A stretch of 64,000 nt of DNA from Planctomycetota bacterium. Its GTDB lineage: Bacteria > Planctomycetota > MHYJ01 > JACQXL01. The stretch lies in contig JAZDMB010000030.1 in the NCBI GenBank assembly GCA_043801445.1, positions 78,178-142,177 on the forward strand. The letters run 5' to 3'. Positions within the stretch are counted from its first letter, which is position 1; each line of letters starts with the position of its first letter. The translations under genes and the position numbers were made by a program. Shown piece after piece: positions 1 to 10,539 of this stretch. The notes beneath the pieces are model-generated. The model saw nothing but the letters and a program-made list of their open reading frames with translations, did no database searches and was not told the origin of the DNA.

Positions 1-1
1 G

Positions 2-1279
2 TTGCCAGCCGAATCAAAACCGACTTCATCTGACCCCGATGGGACCGCGGTCGAGAAAGGTTCTAAAGGAGAAACCTTACGCGACGATATATACCAGAAA
101 TCGAAGAAGATATATGAGGCTATCGAGAAAATAGACTCCGGGAATATTACTAAACAGCAGGAGGGTTTCGAACAGCTTCGTTTAATGGGTCCAATGGTCC
201 TGCCTTTTGTATCAGCCCATCTAAAAGAGAAATCAATCTTTCTGGAATTAGTCCGTCAGATTATTGAAGACGGTATTTTTAAAGATGGGAAACCGAGCGG
301 TATTTTTACTGCGCCTTTGCATAATATCAACTCTCTGCCGCCGGAAACCGCTCTCGTAGAAAAGTATTTTTATGGGAAATACCTGCAGTCGCTAAAACTA
401 TTTGACCAGGAAAACTATGAATCAGCAAAAGAGTTAGCAACCGCGATTCTTACGATAGAAAGAAAATTGTCATTTTCCAATCAACTTAAACTGCTGAAAA
501 TACAGTGCGAAGAAATGATTATTCAGCGCGGTTTGCTGAAAGCAACGTTAATACCGATTCCCAAAGAAGGGTTGCCTTCATGTCTATATGAAATAGGGGA
601 CCGTATAAAACTTACTTTGAAATTGGAAAATGTCAGTCTTCTGCCGCTTGAAATCATTTTCGGCAGAGATAATTTTATTATGCTGCAAGTCAATCTTAAT
701 CAATACGACCCTTTTGGTAATTTCAATAACAAGGTATTAACGGAAGAATTCCCTGTAAAAATTAATTCAGTAAAACTTAATCCTAACGAGAAAAAAGAGT
801 TTGAATTGGTTTTGGACACTTTACGTGATAATCCTAATAGCGCTTGTTACCGAACATATACTCTTTATACTGAAATCAGACCGGAGACAATTAAGGGCGA
901 GACCTTGGAGAAAAAGATAGGGATGAATGAGACTATCAGGAAAATATCATCGCCAAGTATTATGCTCAGGATATTCCCGCCTGATGTAAAACCAGCTTTA
1001 AATAATCCGATAGAAAAATTAGAAACGGCGCTCCAGGGAGGCATTCCGCTTGATATATTCCTTTGCAGTCTGTTAGTTCCGGAATCAAAACAGACGCAAG
1101 CCATAGAACTATTGATTAAGGCATTAGAATCGCCCCCGATAAAAACTCTTGAGGAAATAAAAATGTCACCGGAGGTCTGGGATTTGGTTATAATGAATTC
1201 GCTCAAGCATGTAACTAATCTGCCATTTGAGATAAATAAAACCACATGGCTGGAATGGTTTAAGCGGAAAAAGAAGTGA
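2..1279 (+). CDS. hypothetical protein, 5' partial (helical/repeat-like, no recognised catalytic motif)
   Basis: Long ORF open to the window edge, ends TGA at 1277-1279. No family recognised from sequence. Confidence 0.5.
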   Translation: MPAESKPTSSDPDGTAVEKGSKGETLRDDIYQKSKKIYEAIEKIDSGNITKQQEGFEQLRLMGPMVLPFVSAHLKEKSIFLELVRQIIEDGIFKDGKPSGIFTAPLHNINSLPPETALVEKYFYGKYLQSLKLFDQENYESAKELATAILTIERKLSFSNQLKLLKIQCEEMIIQRGLLKATLIPIPKEGLPSCLYEIGDRIKLTLKLENVSLLPLEIIFGRDNFIMLQVNLNQYDPFGNFNNKVLTEEFPVKINSVKLNPNEKKEFELVLDTLRDNPNSACYRTYTLYTEIRPETIKGETLEKKIGMNETIRKISSPSIMLRIFPPDVKPALNNPIEKLETALQGGIPLDIFLCSLLVPESKQTQAIELLIKALESPPIKTLEEIKMSPEVWDLVIMNSLKHVTNLPFEINKTTWLEWFKRKKK

Positions 1280-1531
1280 TTTTGCCAACTATTTTCGGTG
1301 GCAGAAACATGGAATCACTATACGAAAACTGTCAGTATAAGTGATGTAACAGATCTTGCATTAAAATTATTAAAATAATTTTACGTAAATACTTGACATA
1401 TTATTAAGTATATCTATTATATAGAAGCGATTAACCGCTCAGGATACTTTCTTACTTAATCTCACTTAATATTTTTAGCCTTTAAAATAACAAAACATTT
1501 CTATTAGCATAGATAATTATCCCAGTAAGAG

Positions 1532-2155
1532 ATGCCATTAAAGCTGATTATTGTTGGGTTAATAGGAGGAATCGGGAGCGGCAAAACCCATGTCGCTGAA
1601 ATATTCAAGCGATTAGGAGCCAGTTTAATAGAAGCAGATAAGATTGCTTATACAGTTATTAATCACCCTCAAATTAAAAGAACTTTATTAAAATGGCACG
1701 GATATAGTATTATTAAAAAGACCGGTCAAATTGACCGTAAGAAACTGGCGGATGTATCATTTAATAGCCGTAAAAATATCGGAAGATTAAATAAATTAAC
1801 TCATCCCTATATTAAAAAGGAGATTTCTAACCGATTAAGGCAACTGAATAGCAATCGCAAATTAAAAGAAACGGGCGTGGTGGTAATTGATGCTCCTCTT
1901 TTATTGGAAACGGGTCTGGACAAGTTTTGTGATTGTATAGTGTTCATCAAAACATCCTATAAAATAAGATTGAAAAGAGTTCTTATCTCGAGAAAATGGG
2001 ATAAAACAGAAATAAAGAAAAGGGAACAATATCAAATACCTCTTTTGAGAAAACAATCTAAAGCCGACATTATTATTAATAACAATAAATCATCAGATAT
2101 AACGACATCACATATCAAAAATGTCTTTCAATTGATAACAAGAAAATATGATTAG
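1532..2155 (+). CDS. coaE: dephospho-CoA kinase
   Basis: N-terminal P-loop 'IVGLIGGIGSGKTHV' typical of CoaE (GLTGGIGSGKS). Size ~200 aa. Confidence 0.8.
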   Translation: MPLKLIIVGLIGGIGSGKTHVAEIFKRLGASLIEADKIAYTVINHPQIKRTLLKWHGYSIIKKTGQIDRKKLADVSFNSRKNIGRLNKLTHPYIKKEISNRLRQLNSNRKLKETGVVVIDAPLLLETGLDKFCDCIVFIKTSYKIRLKRVLISRKWDKTEIKKREQYQIPLLRKQSKADIIINNNKSSDITTSHIKNVFQLITRKYD

Positions 2156-2245
2156 GTCTTCCATAAAATGACACGATTCAATCTCAACCGCAATCAACTT
2201 CTAAACATAAATACGATTAAAATTATTAAATAAAGGAGGTTCATT

Positions 2246-3616
2246 ATGCCAAAGGCTGTTAAAGACAAAGAAAACGGTGAAATAAATACTACTACCGCTC
2301 CGGAAACAAAGCCTGTTACGCCTCTCAATAACGATAAATACGAGGAAGTAAAAAAGTCGGAATTATATCTTACCAAACTTCAAAAGATGACTATTGCGGA
2401 ACTTGTCCAAGTCGCCAAAAAAGAAGGCATGGTCGATTACAGCGGCTTGAAAAAGCAGGATTTAATATTCCGGATTCTGAAAGAGCGCGCTAATAAAAAC
2501 GGATTAACTATCGGAGAAGGCGTTTTAGAAATACTGCCTGAAGGTTTTGGATTCCTCAGGTCAACAGATTATAATTATTTGCCTTCACCCGATGATATTT
2601 ATGTTTCGCCCTCGCAAATTAAACGCTTCGGCATGCAAACAGGTTTAATCGTAACCGGCCAGATTAGACCGCCTAAAGAAGGCGAGAAATATTTTGCCCT
2701 TCTCAAAGTTGAAGCAATAAATCATGAAAATCCAGAGCTAAGAATCGGAAGAGTCGTTTTTGATGATTTAACACCGCTGTATCCTAAAGAACGGATTCTT
2801 CTCGAAACCACACCGGATGAAATTTCCATGCGTATTATGGATATGATAACTCCGATTGGAAAAGGACAACGCGGATTAATCGTTGCGGCGCCTCGAACCG
2901 GCAAAACGGTTTTCCTCCAGAAAATAGCCAATAGCATTGCTGTAAATCATCCCGAAGTTTATCTTATCGTTTTACTGATTGATGAAAGACCGGAAGAAGT
3001 CACCGATATGCAAAGGTCGGTAAAAGGAGAGGTGATAAGTTCTTGTTTTGACGAACCGGCCAGCCGTCATATTCAAGTAGCTGAAATGGTTTCAAATAAA
3101 GCCAAGAGATTAGTGGAATACGGGAAAGACGTGGTCATACTATTGGATTCTATTACTCGTTTAGGAAGGGCTTATAATACCGAGGCGCCTCATAGCGGCA
3201 AGATTCTTACCGGCGGTATTGATTCTGCGGCATTACAGGGACCGAAGAAGTTCTTCGGCGGAGCCCGTAAAATCGAAGAAGGCGGCAGTCTCACTATTAT
3301 CGCCACCGCCCTGATTGATACCGGCAGCAGAATGGATGAAGTTATTTTTGAGGAATTCAAAGGAACGGGTAATATGGAAATCCATCTTGACAGGCCGTTA
3401 GCAGACCGCAGAGTTTTCCCGGCAATTGATATGACTATGTCCGGTACGCGTAAGGAAGAATTAATACTTGATCCGGAAGAACTTAGACGCATCTGGCTGC
3501 TCAGAAAAGGGCTGTTAAGCGAAAGGAAAAATCCTTTAGAAATAATGTCATGGCTGATTGAAAATATATCTAAGACGAAAACCAATGCCGAATTCCTGAT
3601 GAAATTCAAGGTTTAA
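2246..3616 (+). CDS. rho: transcription termination factor Rho
   Basis: N-terminal '[21 protein letters not shown]' Rho_N domain, RNA-binding CSD region, and RecA-like ATPase with 'AAPRTGKT' Walker A. Strong RBS 'AAAGGAGG' upstream. Confidence 0.9.
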   Translation: MPKAVKDKENGEINTTTAPETKPVTPLNNDKYEEVKKSELYLTKLQKMTIAELVQVAKKEGMVDYSGLKKQDLIFRILKERANKNGLTIGEGVLEILPEGFGFLRSTDYNYLPSPDDIYVSPSQIKRFGMQTGLIVTGQIRPPKEGEKYFALLKVEAINHENPELRIGRVVFDDLTPLYPKERILLETTPDEISMRIMDMITPIGKGQRGLIVAAPRTGKTVFLQKIANSIAVNHPEVYLIVLLIDERPEEVTDMQRSVKGEVISSCFDEPASRHIQVAEMVSNKAKRLVEYGKDVVILLDSITRLGRAYNTEAPHSGKILTGGIDSAALQGPKKFFGGARKIEEGGSLTIIATALIDTGSRMDEVIFEEFKGTGNMEIHLDRPLADRRVFPAIDMTMSGTRKEELILDPEELRRIWLLRKGLLSERKNPLEIMSWLIENISKTKTNAEFLMKFKV

Positions 3617-3865
3617 TAATGATGAAACCACGGATACACACTGATAAACACTGATTTTCATTATTCGTATTAATCAAATCCATAAATAAACACAGATTAT
3701 CTGCGTTCATCTGCCTGCCTACTTGGTGTTAATCTGTGGTTGCAATTTTAGATATCATCATTTTTGGAATATAATCATTCTTACAAATTAATCTTCAATT
3801 TATTTGACCTGACTCATATCGAATGTTATGCTTTATAAAAAGTCATAGGATTCCTATAAAATAAT

Positions 3866-4420
3866 ATGCCGAAAGACAAATTAATAATAAACGGGAAAAC
3901 GCTGGAGCATATTCTAAAAAACATTTCCGATGAAATCATTTCTCATCATTCTTCTAAGTCGGACAAGAATCAATTGGTTCTTATCGGTATCCACCGTCGC
4001 GGAGTTCCGTTAGGACAAAGATTGAAAAATCTCATAGAAAAGAAGATAAACAGGAAAATATTATTCGGGACATTGGATATTACTTTGTATCGTGATGACC
4101 TCGATACGATAGGGCATGCGCCGGTAGTTAAAAACACCGATATCCCATTCGATTTAACCGACAAGAATATTATTCTGGTGGATGACGTTTTATTCACCGG
4201 ACGAACCGTACGCTCGGCTCTTAATGAACTGACCGATTTCGGCCGTCCGAAACGAATCCAGCTATCCGTTCTTATAGACCGCGGTCATCGTGAACTGCCT
4301 ATCGCCGCTGATTATACAGGTAAAGAGATTAAAACAACGTCAAACGAAATCGTAATGGTCAGGTTGAAGGAAATTGACGGTGTTGATGAAGTGGTTATCA
4401 GACAGAAAAAGATAATATGA
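3866..4420 (+). CDS. pyrR: bifunctional pyrimidine operon regulator / uracil phosphoribosyltransferase PyrR
   Basis: '[17 protein letters not shown]' and PRTase motif '[17 protein letters not shown]'. 4-nt overlap with downstream pyrB indicates an operon. Confidence 0.85.
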   Translation: MPKDKLIINGKTLEHILKNISDEIISHHSSKSDKNQLVLIGIHRRGVPLGQRLKNLIEKKINRKILFGTLDITLYRDDLDTIGHAPVVKNTDIPFDLTDKNIILVDDVLFTGRTVRSALNELTDFGRPKRIQLSVLIDRGHRELPIAADYTGKEIKTTSNEIVMVRLKEIDGVDEVVIRQKKII

Positions 4421-5379
4421 AATCAGAGAAACAAATTATCTGGAAACATAAACACCTTTTGGGTCTGGAAGAGCTTACTTCCGCTGAAATCAATCATATC
4501 CTGGATACGGCCGAGTCATTCAAGGAAATCTCTACGCGGAATATCAAGAAGGTTCCCACGCTCAGAGGCAAGGTAGTCGTTAATATGTTTGTCGAGCCGA
4601 GCACGCGGACCAAGATGTCATTTTCTCTGGCTGCAAAAAGACTCAGTGCCGATATAATAGACTTCTCGCCTTCTACCAGCAGTCTTTCCAAAGGAGAAAC
4701 CCTGAAAGATACGGCTCGTAATATCGAAGCAATGGGCATTGATATCGTAATTATCAGGCATACCTCTCCGGGCGCTCCTCATATGTTATCGCGTATCATA
4801 GATGCCAGTGTTATTAATGCCGGCGACGGCGCTCATGAACATCCGACTCAGGGACTGCTGGACATTTTTACTATGCGCGAACAAAAAGGCAAAATAAAAG
4901 GGCTCAAGGTCGCGGTCGTGGGGGATATTCTGCATAGCCGTGTGGCAAGAAGCAATATCTGGGGGCTGACAAAACTCGGCGCCGAAGTCATTGCGGTCGG
5001 TCCGCCTACTTTAATACCGGTCCAGCTCCGTGATATGGGAATTAAGATTTCTTATAATCTCGATGAGGTTATACCCGAAGTGGATGTAATAAATATTTTA
5101 CGGATTCAACTGGAACGCCAGAGAAGTAAATTCTTTCCTACAGTCAGAGAATATGCCAGGCTATTCGGAATAAATCCGGAACGGCTCAAAAATGCAAAGA
5201 AAGATGTAATGATAATGCACCCCGGACCTATTAACCGCGGTGTGGAAATTACACCGGACATTGCCGATGGTAAACAATCAGTCATATTACGACAGGTAAC
5301 TAACGGATTATCGGTCCGTATGGCTGTCTTATACTTGGTTTCAGGTTCTTATGGAACAGATGAAACGGAACCATTGTAA
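4417..5379 (+). CDS. pyrB: aspartate carbamoyltransferase catalytic subunit
   Basis: Carbamoyl-phosphate binding motif '[10 protein letters not shown]' (STRTR), 'HPTQGLLD' (HPxQ), and 'HPGP' near the C-terminus. Confidence 0.9.
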   Translation: MKSEKQIIWKHKHLLGLEELTSAEINHILDTAESFKEISTRNIKKVPTLRGKVVVNMFVEPSTRTKMSFSLAAKRLSADIIDFSPSTSSLSKGETLKDTARNIEAMGIDIVIIRHTSPGAPHMLSRIIDASVINAGDGAHEHPTQGLLDIFTMREQKGKIKGLKVAVVGDILHSRVARSNIWGLTKLGAEVIAVGPPTLIPVQLRDMGIKISYNLDEVIPEVDVINILRIQLERQRSKFFPTVREYARLFGINPERLKNAKKDVMIMHPGPINRGVEITPDIADGKQSVILRQVTNGLSVRMAVLYLVSGSYGTDETEPL

Positions 5380-5584
5380 AGGAGTGAAGTTAAGCCACCG
5401 ATTACACAGATTGAAAAGATAGTAAGCGGATTGAACTGATAATACGCCTATACGGGTGTTAAATCAGATTACTCTTTAATTAAAAATTAATCGGTGAAAT
5501 TCGGACATAAATATAAATTAAACAACAAATTACACTGATTTAATAACTTAATCTGTGTAATCTGTGGCTAAATGATTAATCATT

Positions 5585-6859
5585 ATGAATAGCATACTTA
5601 TAAAAAATGGGCATGTGATAGACCCGGCTAATAAGATAGATAAGATTACCGATGTTTTTATACAGGATGGCAAGATAAAATCTATCGGGAAACAATCCTT
5701 CAAAGCGGATAAAATCATAGATGCCAAGGGATTAATAGTCACGCCCGGATTGATAGATATGCATGTCCATTTACGCGAGCCCGGTAAAGAAGACGAAGAA
5801 ACCATTGCTTCGGGTTCAGCCGCTGCAATAAACGGCGGTTTTACCTCGGTTGCCTGTATGCCTAATACTGACCCGGCCATTGATAATGAAGCGTCAGCCG
5901 AATTTGTTTATCTTCAGGCAAAACGCGCCGGTCGCGCCAATGTCTTCCCTATCGGCGCCGTAACTAAAAACCGGAAGGGCGAAGAACTCTCCGAAATGGG
6001 GCAGTTATACCGTGGCGGGGCTGTCGGATTCTCAGATGACGGCGAACCGATTAAAAGCGCCGAAGTTATGCGCCGCGCCTTGGAATACAGCAAGATGTTC
6101 GATAAACCTATCATTGACCACTGTGAAGACATTGATTTAATCCGTGACGGCACTATGAATGAAGGCAATGTTTCTGTCTCGTTGGGATTGGTTGGAATGC
6201 CTTCGGTAGCAGAAGAAATAATGGTCTATCGGGATATAGCATTAGCCAAACTAACCGGCGGTAAATTACATATCGCCCATATCTCCACCAAAAAGGCAGT
6301 CGAACTCGTCCGTCAGGCGAAAAAAGAAGGTATAAAGATTACGGCTGAAGTTACTCCTCACCATCTTATCCTTACTGATGATTATATTAAATCGAGTAAA
6401 TTTAATACGAACTATAAGGTCAACCCGCCGTTAAGAACGAAAACCGATGTACAAGCCGTAAGAGAAGGACTTGCCGACGGGACAATAGATGTAATCGCCT
6501 CTGACCACGCGCCTCATTCAGAAGAGGAAAAGGATGTGGAATTCAATGTCGCGCCATTCGGAATTATCGGAATGGAATCATTTCTGGGAATAATTCTCAC
6601 GGAACTCGTTGCCAAGGATGTCATTACACTGCCGCAATTAATATCATCTCTGACTATCAATCCCGCCCGGATTTTAGGAATACCGAAAGGAACGCTTTCG
6701 GTTGGAGCCGACGCTGATATCACTATCATAGACCCCAAAAAAGAATGGGTAATTGACCCGGCGCAATTCAAATCCAAGAGTCGCAATTGTCCCTTTGCCA
6801 ACTGGAAGGTCAAAGGCAAAGCCGTAAAAGTCATTGTCGCTGGGCAGATTATCATTTAA
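5585..6859 (+). CDS. pyrC: dihydroorotase
   Basis: Amidohydrolase metal-binding 'DMHVHLREPG' and 'DHAPH' motifs. ~420 aa class I DHOase. Follows pyrB. Confidence 0.85.
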   Translation: MNSILIKNGHVIDPANKIDKITDVFIQDGKIKSIGKQSFKADKIIDAKGLIVTPGLIDMHVHLREPGKEDEETIASGSAAAINGGFTSVACMPNTDPAIDNEASAEFVYLQAKRAGRANVFPIGAVTKNRKGEELSEMGQLYRGGAVGFSDDGEPIKSAEVMRRALEYSKMFDKPIIDHCEDIDLIRDGTMNEGNVSVSLGLVGMPSVAEEIMVYRDIALAKLTGGKLHIAHISTKKAVELVRQAKKEGIKITAEVTPHHLILTDDYIKSSKFNTNYKVNPPLRTKTDVQAVREGLADGTIDVIASDHAPHSEEEKDVEFNVAPFGIIGMESFLGIILTELVAKDVITLPQLISSLTINPARILGIPKGTLSVGADADITIIDPKKEWVIDPAQFKSKSRNCPFANWKVKGKAVKVIVAGQIII

Positions 6860-6951
6860 TAAGTTATTGGCTACAGAGTTAGAGGTTAACTTGCAACTTC
6901 TAACTTAATAAGGTGATACTTACTTTTGTTTCTTAAGAAATGAGATAAATT

Positions 6952-7998
6952 ATGAGCGAAGAAGTGGTTGAAAAACATAATTGGTGGATACGAAACTGGA
7001 AATGGTTTGTGCCCGTAAGCATTTTGACAGCCATAATTATTTTATGTCTGATATGTTTCGCCTTTGTTTATTTTATCTTCGGAATAATTAAATCCACGGA
7101 TGCCTATAAAACATCCCTTAAATATGCCCAAGAAAATGAAGAGGTCATAAAGACATTTGGAGGAAAAATCGAGCCTAAATGGTATGTCATTGGAAGCGTT
7201 AGAACAGTCGGTCTGGGTGGTCATGCATCACTTCAAATACCTGTTTCATACGGCAATAAATCTGGCAATGTCTATGTTGAAGCCGATAAGGAAACAGGCG
7301 TATGGACAATAAAAAAACTGATTGTACAAGCCGACGATACTGGTAAAAGATTAACGCTAATTGACTGGGGTGTAAAGTGTGACTCGAATGAGAATCAAAC
7401 CGCTGAAACAATAGTAGTAAATCCAACAGACTACTTGCCTTTAAAAATCGGGAATAAGTGGGTTTATAAAGTTACTTCCCACGGTGGAATAGGCAGAAAA
7501 GAAGAAGAGGCGAGTGAGATTATATATACTGTTACAAGTACCCAAAAGTATAATGGAGAAGAATGTTTCGTAATTGAAGGTCAGAGAAAAGAAGCTAATC
7601 CGCAACCGATTTTCTACAAAGCTACATTAGATGGCATTATAAGTTATCACGGTATACGAGGAGGTAACGCGATAGATTTTGATTCTCCTTTTGTGGACAT
7701 CAAGAATCCTTTAAAAATAGGAGAAGCTTGGACTGGTAAAGGGAATTTAGGTAATTTAGAATTCAATTTTTCTACAATATTTACTAAACAAGAGGAAATC
7801 ATTACTCCAGCAGGAAAGTTTCAATGTATCAAGATAGAACGAGTATGTAGATTTGGAAACACGGAAAGTAAAGATATCTATTGGTATGCTAAAAACGTAG
7901 GATTAGTAAAAATGATAAGCTGTTCCTATGGTACCCCGACATTTGGGATATCGGGTGGTGAAGATGTAGAGGAACTAATATCCTTTCAAGTAAATTGA
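6952..7998 (+). CDS. hypothetical membrane-anchored protein
   Basis: N-terminal hydrophobic helix (WKWFVPVSILTAIIILCLICFAFVYFIFGII) followed by a soluble domain. No family recognised. Confidence 0.5.
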   Translation: MSEEVVEKHNWWIRNWKWFVPVSILTAIIILCLICFAFVYFIFGIIKSTDAYKTSLKYAQENEEVIKTFGGKIEPKWYVIGSVRTVGLGGHASLQIPVSYGNKSGNVYVEADKETGVWTIKKLIVQADDTGKRLTLIDWGVKCDSNENQTAETIVVNPTDYLPLKIGNKWVYKVTSHGGIGRKEEEASEIIYTVTSTQKYNGEECFVIEGQRKEANPQPIFYKATLDGIISYHGIRGGNAIDFDSPFVDIKNPLKIGEAWTGKGNLGNLEFNFSTIFTKQEEIITPAGKFQCIKIERVCRFGNTESKDIYWYAKNVGLVKMISCSYGTPTFGISGGEDVEELISFQVN

Positions 7999-8283
7999 AT
8001 TTAGGTGAGAGTTAACCGGGTGACACACACCTTCCGATAAGACCTCCTCCATAGGCGGACAGGCGTTAAATATTTGCGAAGCCGCAGCGAAGTCCCGATT
8101 GTTCATCGGGGACTCGCAGGTTAAATTATCGCTTAATTAATTGTATGGGATTTCAAAGAAGCCACAGATTAAATTTGTGTAATTTATATTTATTAACCGA
8201 ATTCCACCGATTAAGTTAAATCTGTGGCTTAGGGACTTCTGGTTCATATATTTCTCTGTGTCTCTGTGGCTAATTATGTGGTT

Positions 8284-8727
8284 ATGAAAATTAATATAAA
8301 ACCAATCGGTATAATCCATACTCCATATAAAAAACCGCACGATGTTCCATTGCAGGCATATAAATCTAAGAAAAAGGGACGGGTTACGGTTTATAGGGAG
8401 TTCGCTGAAGGACTTGCCGATATTGACGGTTTCTCATATATCATCATTATTTTCTATTTCCATAAGGCGCATGGTTATAAACTTAAAGCCATACCGTATC
8501 GGGATAATGTTCCGCGCGGAATATTTGCAATCAAAGGGCCGTGGCGTCCTAATCATATCGGTGTTACAACCGTCAGATTATTAAAACGCATCGGAAGAGA
8601 ACTGATAATCAAAGGAATGGATATCGTGGATGGCTCACCGCTTCTGGACATAAAACCCTATGTCCCGCCATTTGACGAAAGGACAAACGCTAAAATCGGA
8701 TGGCTTGAAGGTAAAATAAAACGATAA
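8284..8727 (+). CDS. trmO: tRNA methyltransferase TsaA/YaeB (TrmO) family protein
   Basis: 'MKINIKPIGIIHTPY...' matches the conserved N-terminus of the TsaA/YaeB (TrmO) family. The ORF track starts earlier at a GTG at 8266; the ATG at 8284 is the likelier start. Confidence 0.6.
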   Translation: MKINIKPIGIIHTPYKKPHDVPLQAYKSKKKGRVTVYREFAEGLADIDGFSYIIIIFYFHKAHGYKLKAIPYRDNVPRGIFAIKGPWRPNHIGVTTVRLLKRIGRELIIKGMDIVDGSPLLDIKPYVPPFDERTNAKIGWLEGKIKR

Positions 8728-8916
8728 TAGGCTGTCTAAAAAGCAACCACAGATACACACCAAGTAGGCAGGCAGATGGACACAGATAAATCAGTAGGTA
8801 GTAGGTAGAAAATAGTAGGTAGGAAAAACTCCCTACATTCTATCTCTTATAATATCAGTGTTTATCCGTGTTAATCTGTGGTTACGAAGTTTTCTTGAAA
8901 TAAAGGAGGATTTTAT

Positions 8917-10329
8917 ATGAGCGGAATTTTTGGAGTAGTTACCGGGAAAAAGGATTGTTCTGAGCTTTTGCTTTACGGGACTGATTATCATTCGCATTTA
9001 GGCACCGAATACGGCGGGCTGGCAATACTGGGCAAAGAGTTTTTTAGGAAAATCCACCATATCAGCCAGTCGCAATTCAAATCGAAGTTTTATGAGGACC
9101 ATACGGCAATGTCCGGCAACAAGGGCATCGGCGTCATCAGCGCGGATGAGGAACAACCGATGTATCTTAATTCACGCTTGGGTCCTTTCGCCATATGCAC
9201 CAACGGCAGAATTGAAAATATAGACCGCCTCGTTTCGGAAATGCTCAAAAGGGGCGTCTCTTTCACCGAGGTTAAAGAAGGCAAGGTGAATTCTACCGAG
9301 GTCATTGCCAAGCTGATTAATGAGGGCAAGAATATCACGGACGGGATAGAGCGTGTTTTCAGCAAGATAAAAGGCTCATGTTCGCTCTTGCTTCTGAACA
9401 AGGACGGAGTCTATGCAGCGCGCGACCGATACGGGTATTCGCCGCTGATTATCGGCCAGAAAGCCGGCGCCTGGGCCGTTACTTCGGAAACCGCTTCGTT
9501 TCCCAATACCGGATTCAGGATAAAAAAATATCTACAGCCGGGCGAGATTGTCTTAATCCATGAAAACGGATTAAGTGAAAAACGGAAAGGCGGAAAGATT
9601 AACCAGATTTGCTCTTTTTTATGGATATACACCGGGTTCCCGGCCTCCAGTTATGAGGGCATCAACGCCGAGATAGTCAGGGAGCAGAGCGGACGCCTGC
9701 TTGCCCGTAATGATGATATCGCAGCCGAACTGGTTTCCGGAGTGCCTGATTCAGGAACGGCGCATGCCATCGGCTATGCTATGGAATCAGGAATACCTTT
9801 CAGGAGGCCGCTGGTAAAATACACTTCCGGCTACGGACGGAGCTATACACCGCCGGCTCAGGCAACCCGTGATTTGGTTGCCAAGATGAAGTTGATACCC
9901 ATCAAGGATATCATCAATAATAACCGCATTATTGTTTGCGAGGACTCCATTGTCAGAGGAACCCAGCTGAAGAATTTTACTGTTCAGAAGTTATGGGAAA
10001 ACGGCGCTAAGGAAATTCATATCCGTCCGGCATGTCCGCCCCTGATGTTTCCCTGCCGTTTTAATATTTCCACGCGCACTTTGGACGAACTTGCCGCCCG
10101 CCGCGCTATAAAAGATATCGAAGGCAAACCATTAAAAGACATAAGCGCATATATTGACCATAAAACCAAAAAGTATCAGAAAATGGTTGAATGGATTGCC
10201 CGTGATTTAGACGTCACCAGCCTGAGATATCAGACGATAGACGATATGGTTGAAGCTATCGGATTACCGCATGATAAACTCTGCCTTTACTGCTGGACCG
10301 GCCGGGCTCATGACAACAATAAGCAGTAG
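8917..10329 (+). CDS. amidophosphoribosyltransferase (PurF)-like protein with Ser replacing the N-terminal nucleophile Cys
   Basis: N-terminus 'MSGIFGV' (class II Ntn-GATase normally starts 'MCGIxG'). C-terminal type I PRTase motif 'IVCEDSIVRGTQLK'. C-terminal Cys pairs (CPPLMFPC, CLYC) resemble the PurF Fe-S ligands. Strong RBS upstream. Confidence 0.65.
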   Translation: MSGIFGVVTGKKDCSELLLYGTDYHSHLGTEYGGLAILGKEFFRKIHHISQSQFKSKFYEDHTAMSGNKGIGVISADEEQPMYLNSRLGPFAICTNGRIENIDRLVSEMLKRGVSFTEVKEGKVNSTEVIAKLINEGKNITDGIERVFSKIKGSCSLLLLNKDGVYAARDRYGYSPLIIGQKAGAWAVTSETASFPNTGFRIKKYLQPGEIVLIHENGLSEKRKGGKINQICSFLWIYTGFPASSYEGINAEIVREQSGRLLARNDDIAAELVSGVPDSGTAHAIGYAMESGIPFRRPLVKYTSGYGRSYTPPAQATRDLVAKMKLIPIKDIINNNRIIVCEDSIVRGTQLKNFTVQKLWENGAKEIHIRPACPPLMFPCRFNISTRTLDELAARRAIKDIEGKPLKDISAYIDHKTKKYQKMVEWIARDLDVTSLRYQTIDDMVEAIGLPHDKLCLYCWTGRAHDNNKQ

Positions 10330-10436
10330 CAGCCTTTGCTGAGCTTCTCAGCCCGTTAGAAGCCTCGCTTTCAACATGTGATATAATTTTATTCGTCTCT
10401 TTACCCCGTTGAGTTGCTTCTAACGGGGCAGGCGGA
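10326..10436 (+). repeat. hairpin-forming dispersed element, copy 1 (…gcagtagcag…cccgttagaagc / gcttctaacggg…gcaggc)
   Basis: 12-bp perfect inverted repeat cccgttagaagc/gcttctaacggg around a ~50-nt loop. Immediately 3' of the purF-like gene. Confidence 0.6.
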
Positions 10437-10539
10437 AATCATAGGGGTTGTAGAATTAGGAGGCGAGGTGTGTATCACTAGACCTTGACGAGATTTGTCA
10501 ATGTGTCTCTCGAGATACATAATTAATTTTGGAGAAAAG

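Noticed and set aside
865-1245. Numerous antisense or overlapping ORFs of 60-130 aa listed in the six-frame track across the window (e.g. 865-1245, 2722-2937, 3190-3609, 23484-23855, 38240-38595, 39164-39739)
   Set aside because: Each lies within a longer, motif-supported ORF on the opposite strand or in another frame, and has no RBS or domain signal.
1280-1531. tRNA / rRNA genes in intergenic spacers
   Set aside because: I scanned intergenic regions by eye for T-loop (GGTTCGAATCC-like) and acceptor-stem pairing and found nothing convincing. A dedicated tRNA-detection search (e.g. with tRNAscan-SE) would be needed to be certain.
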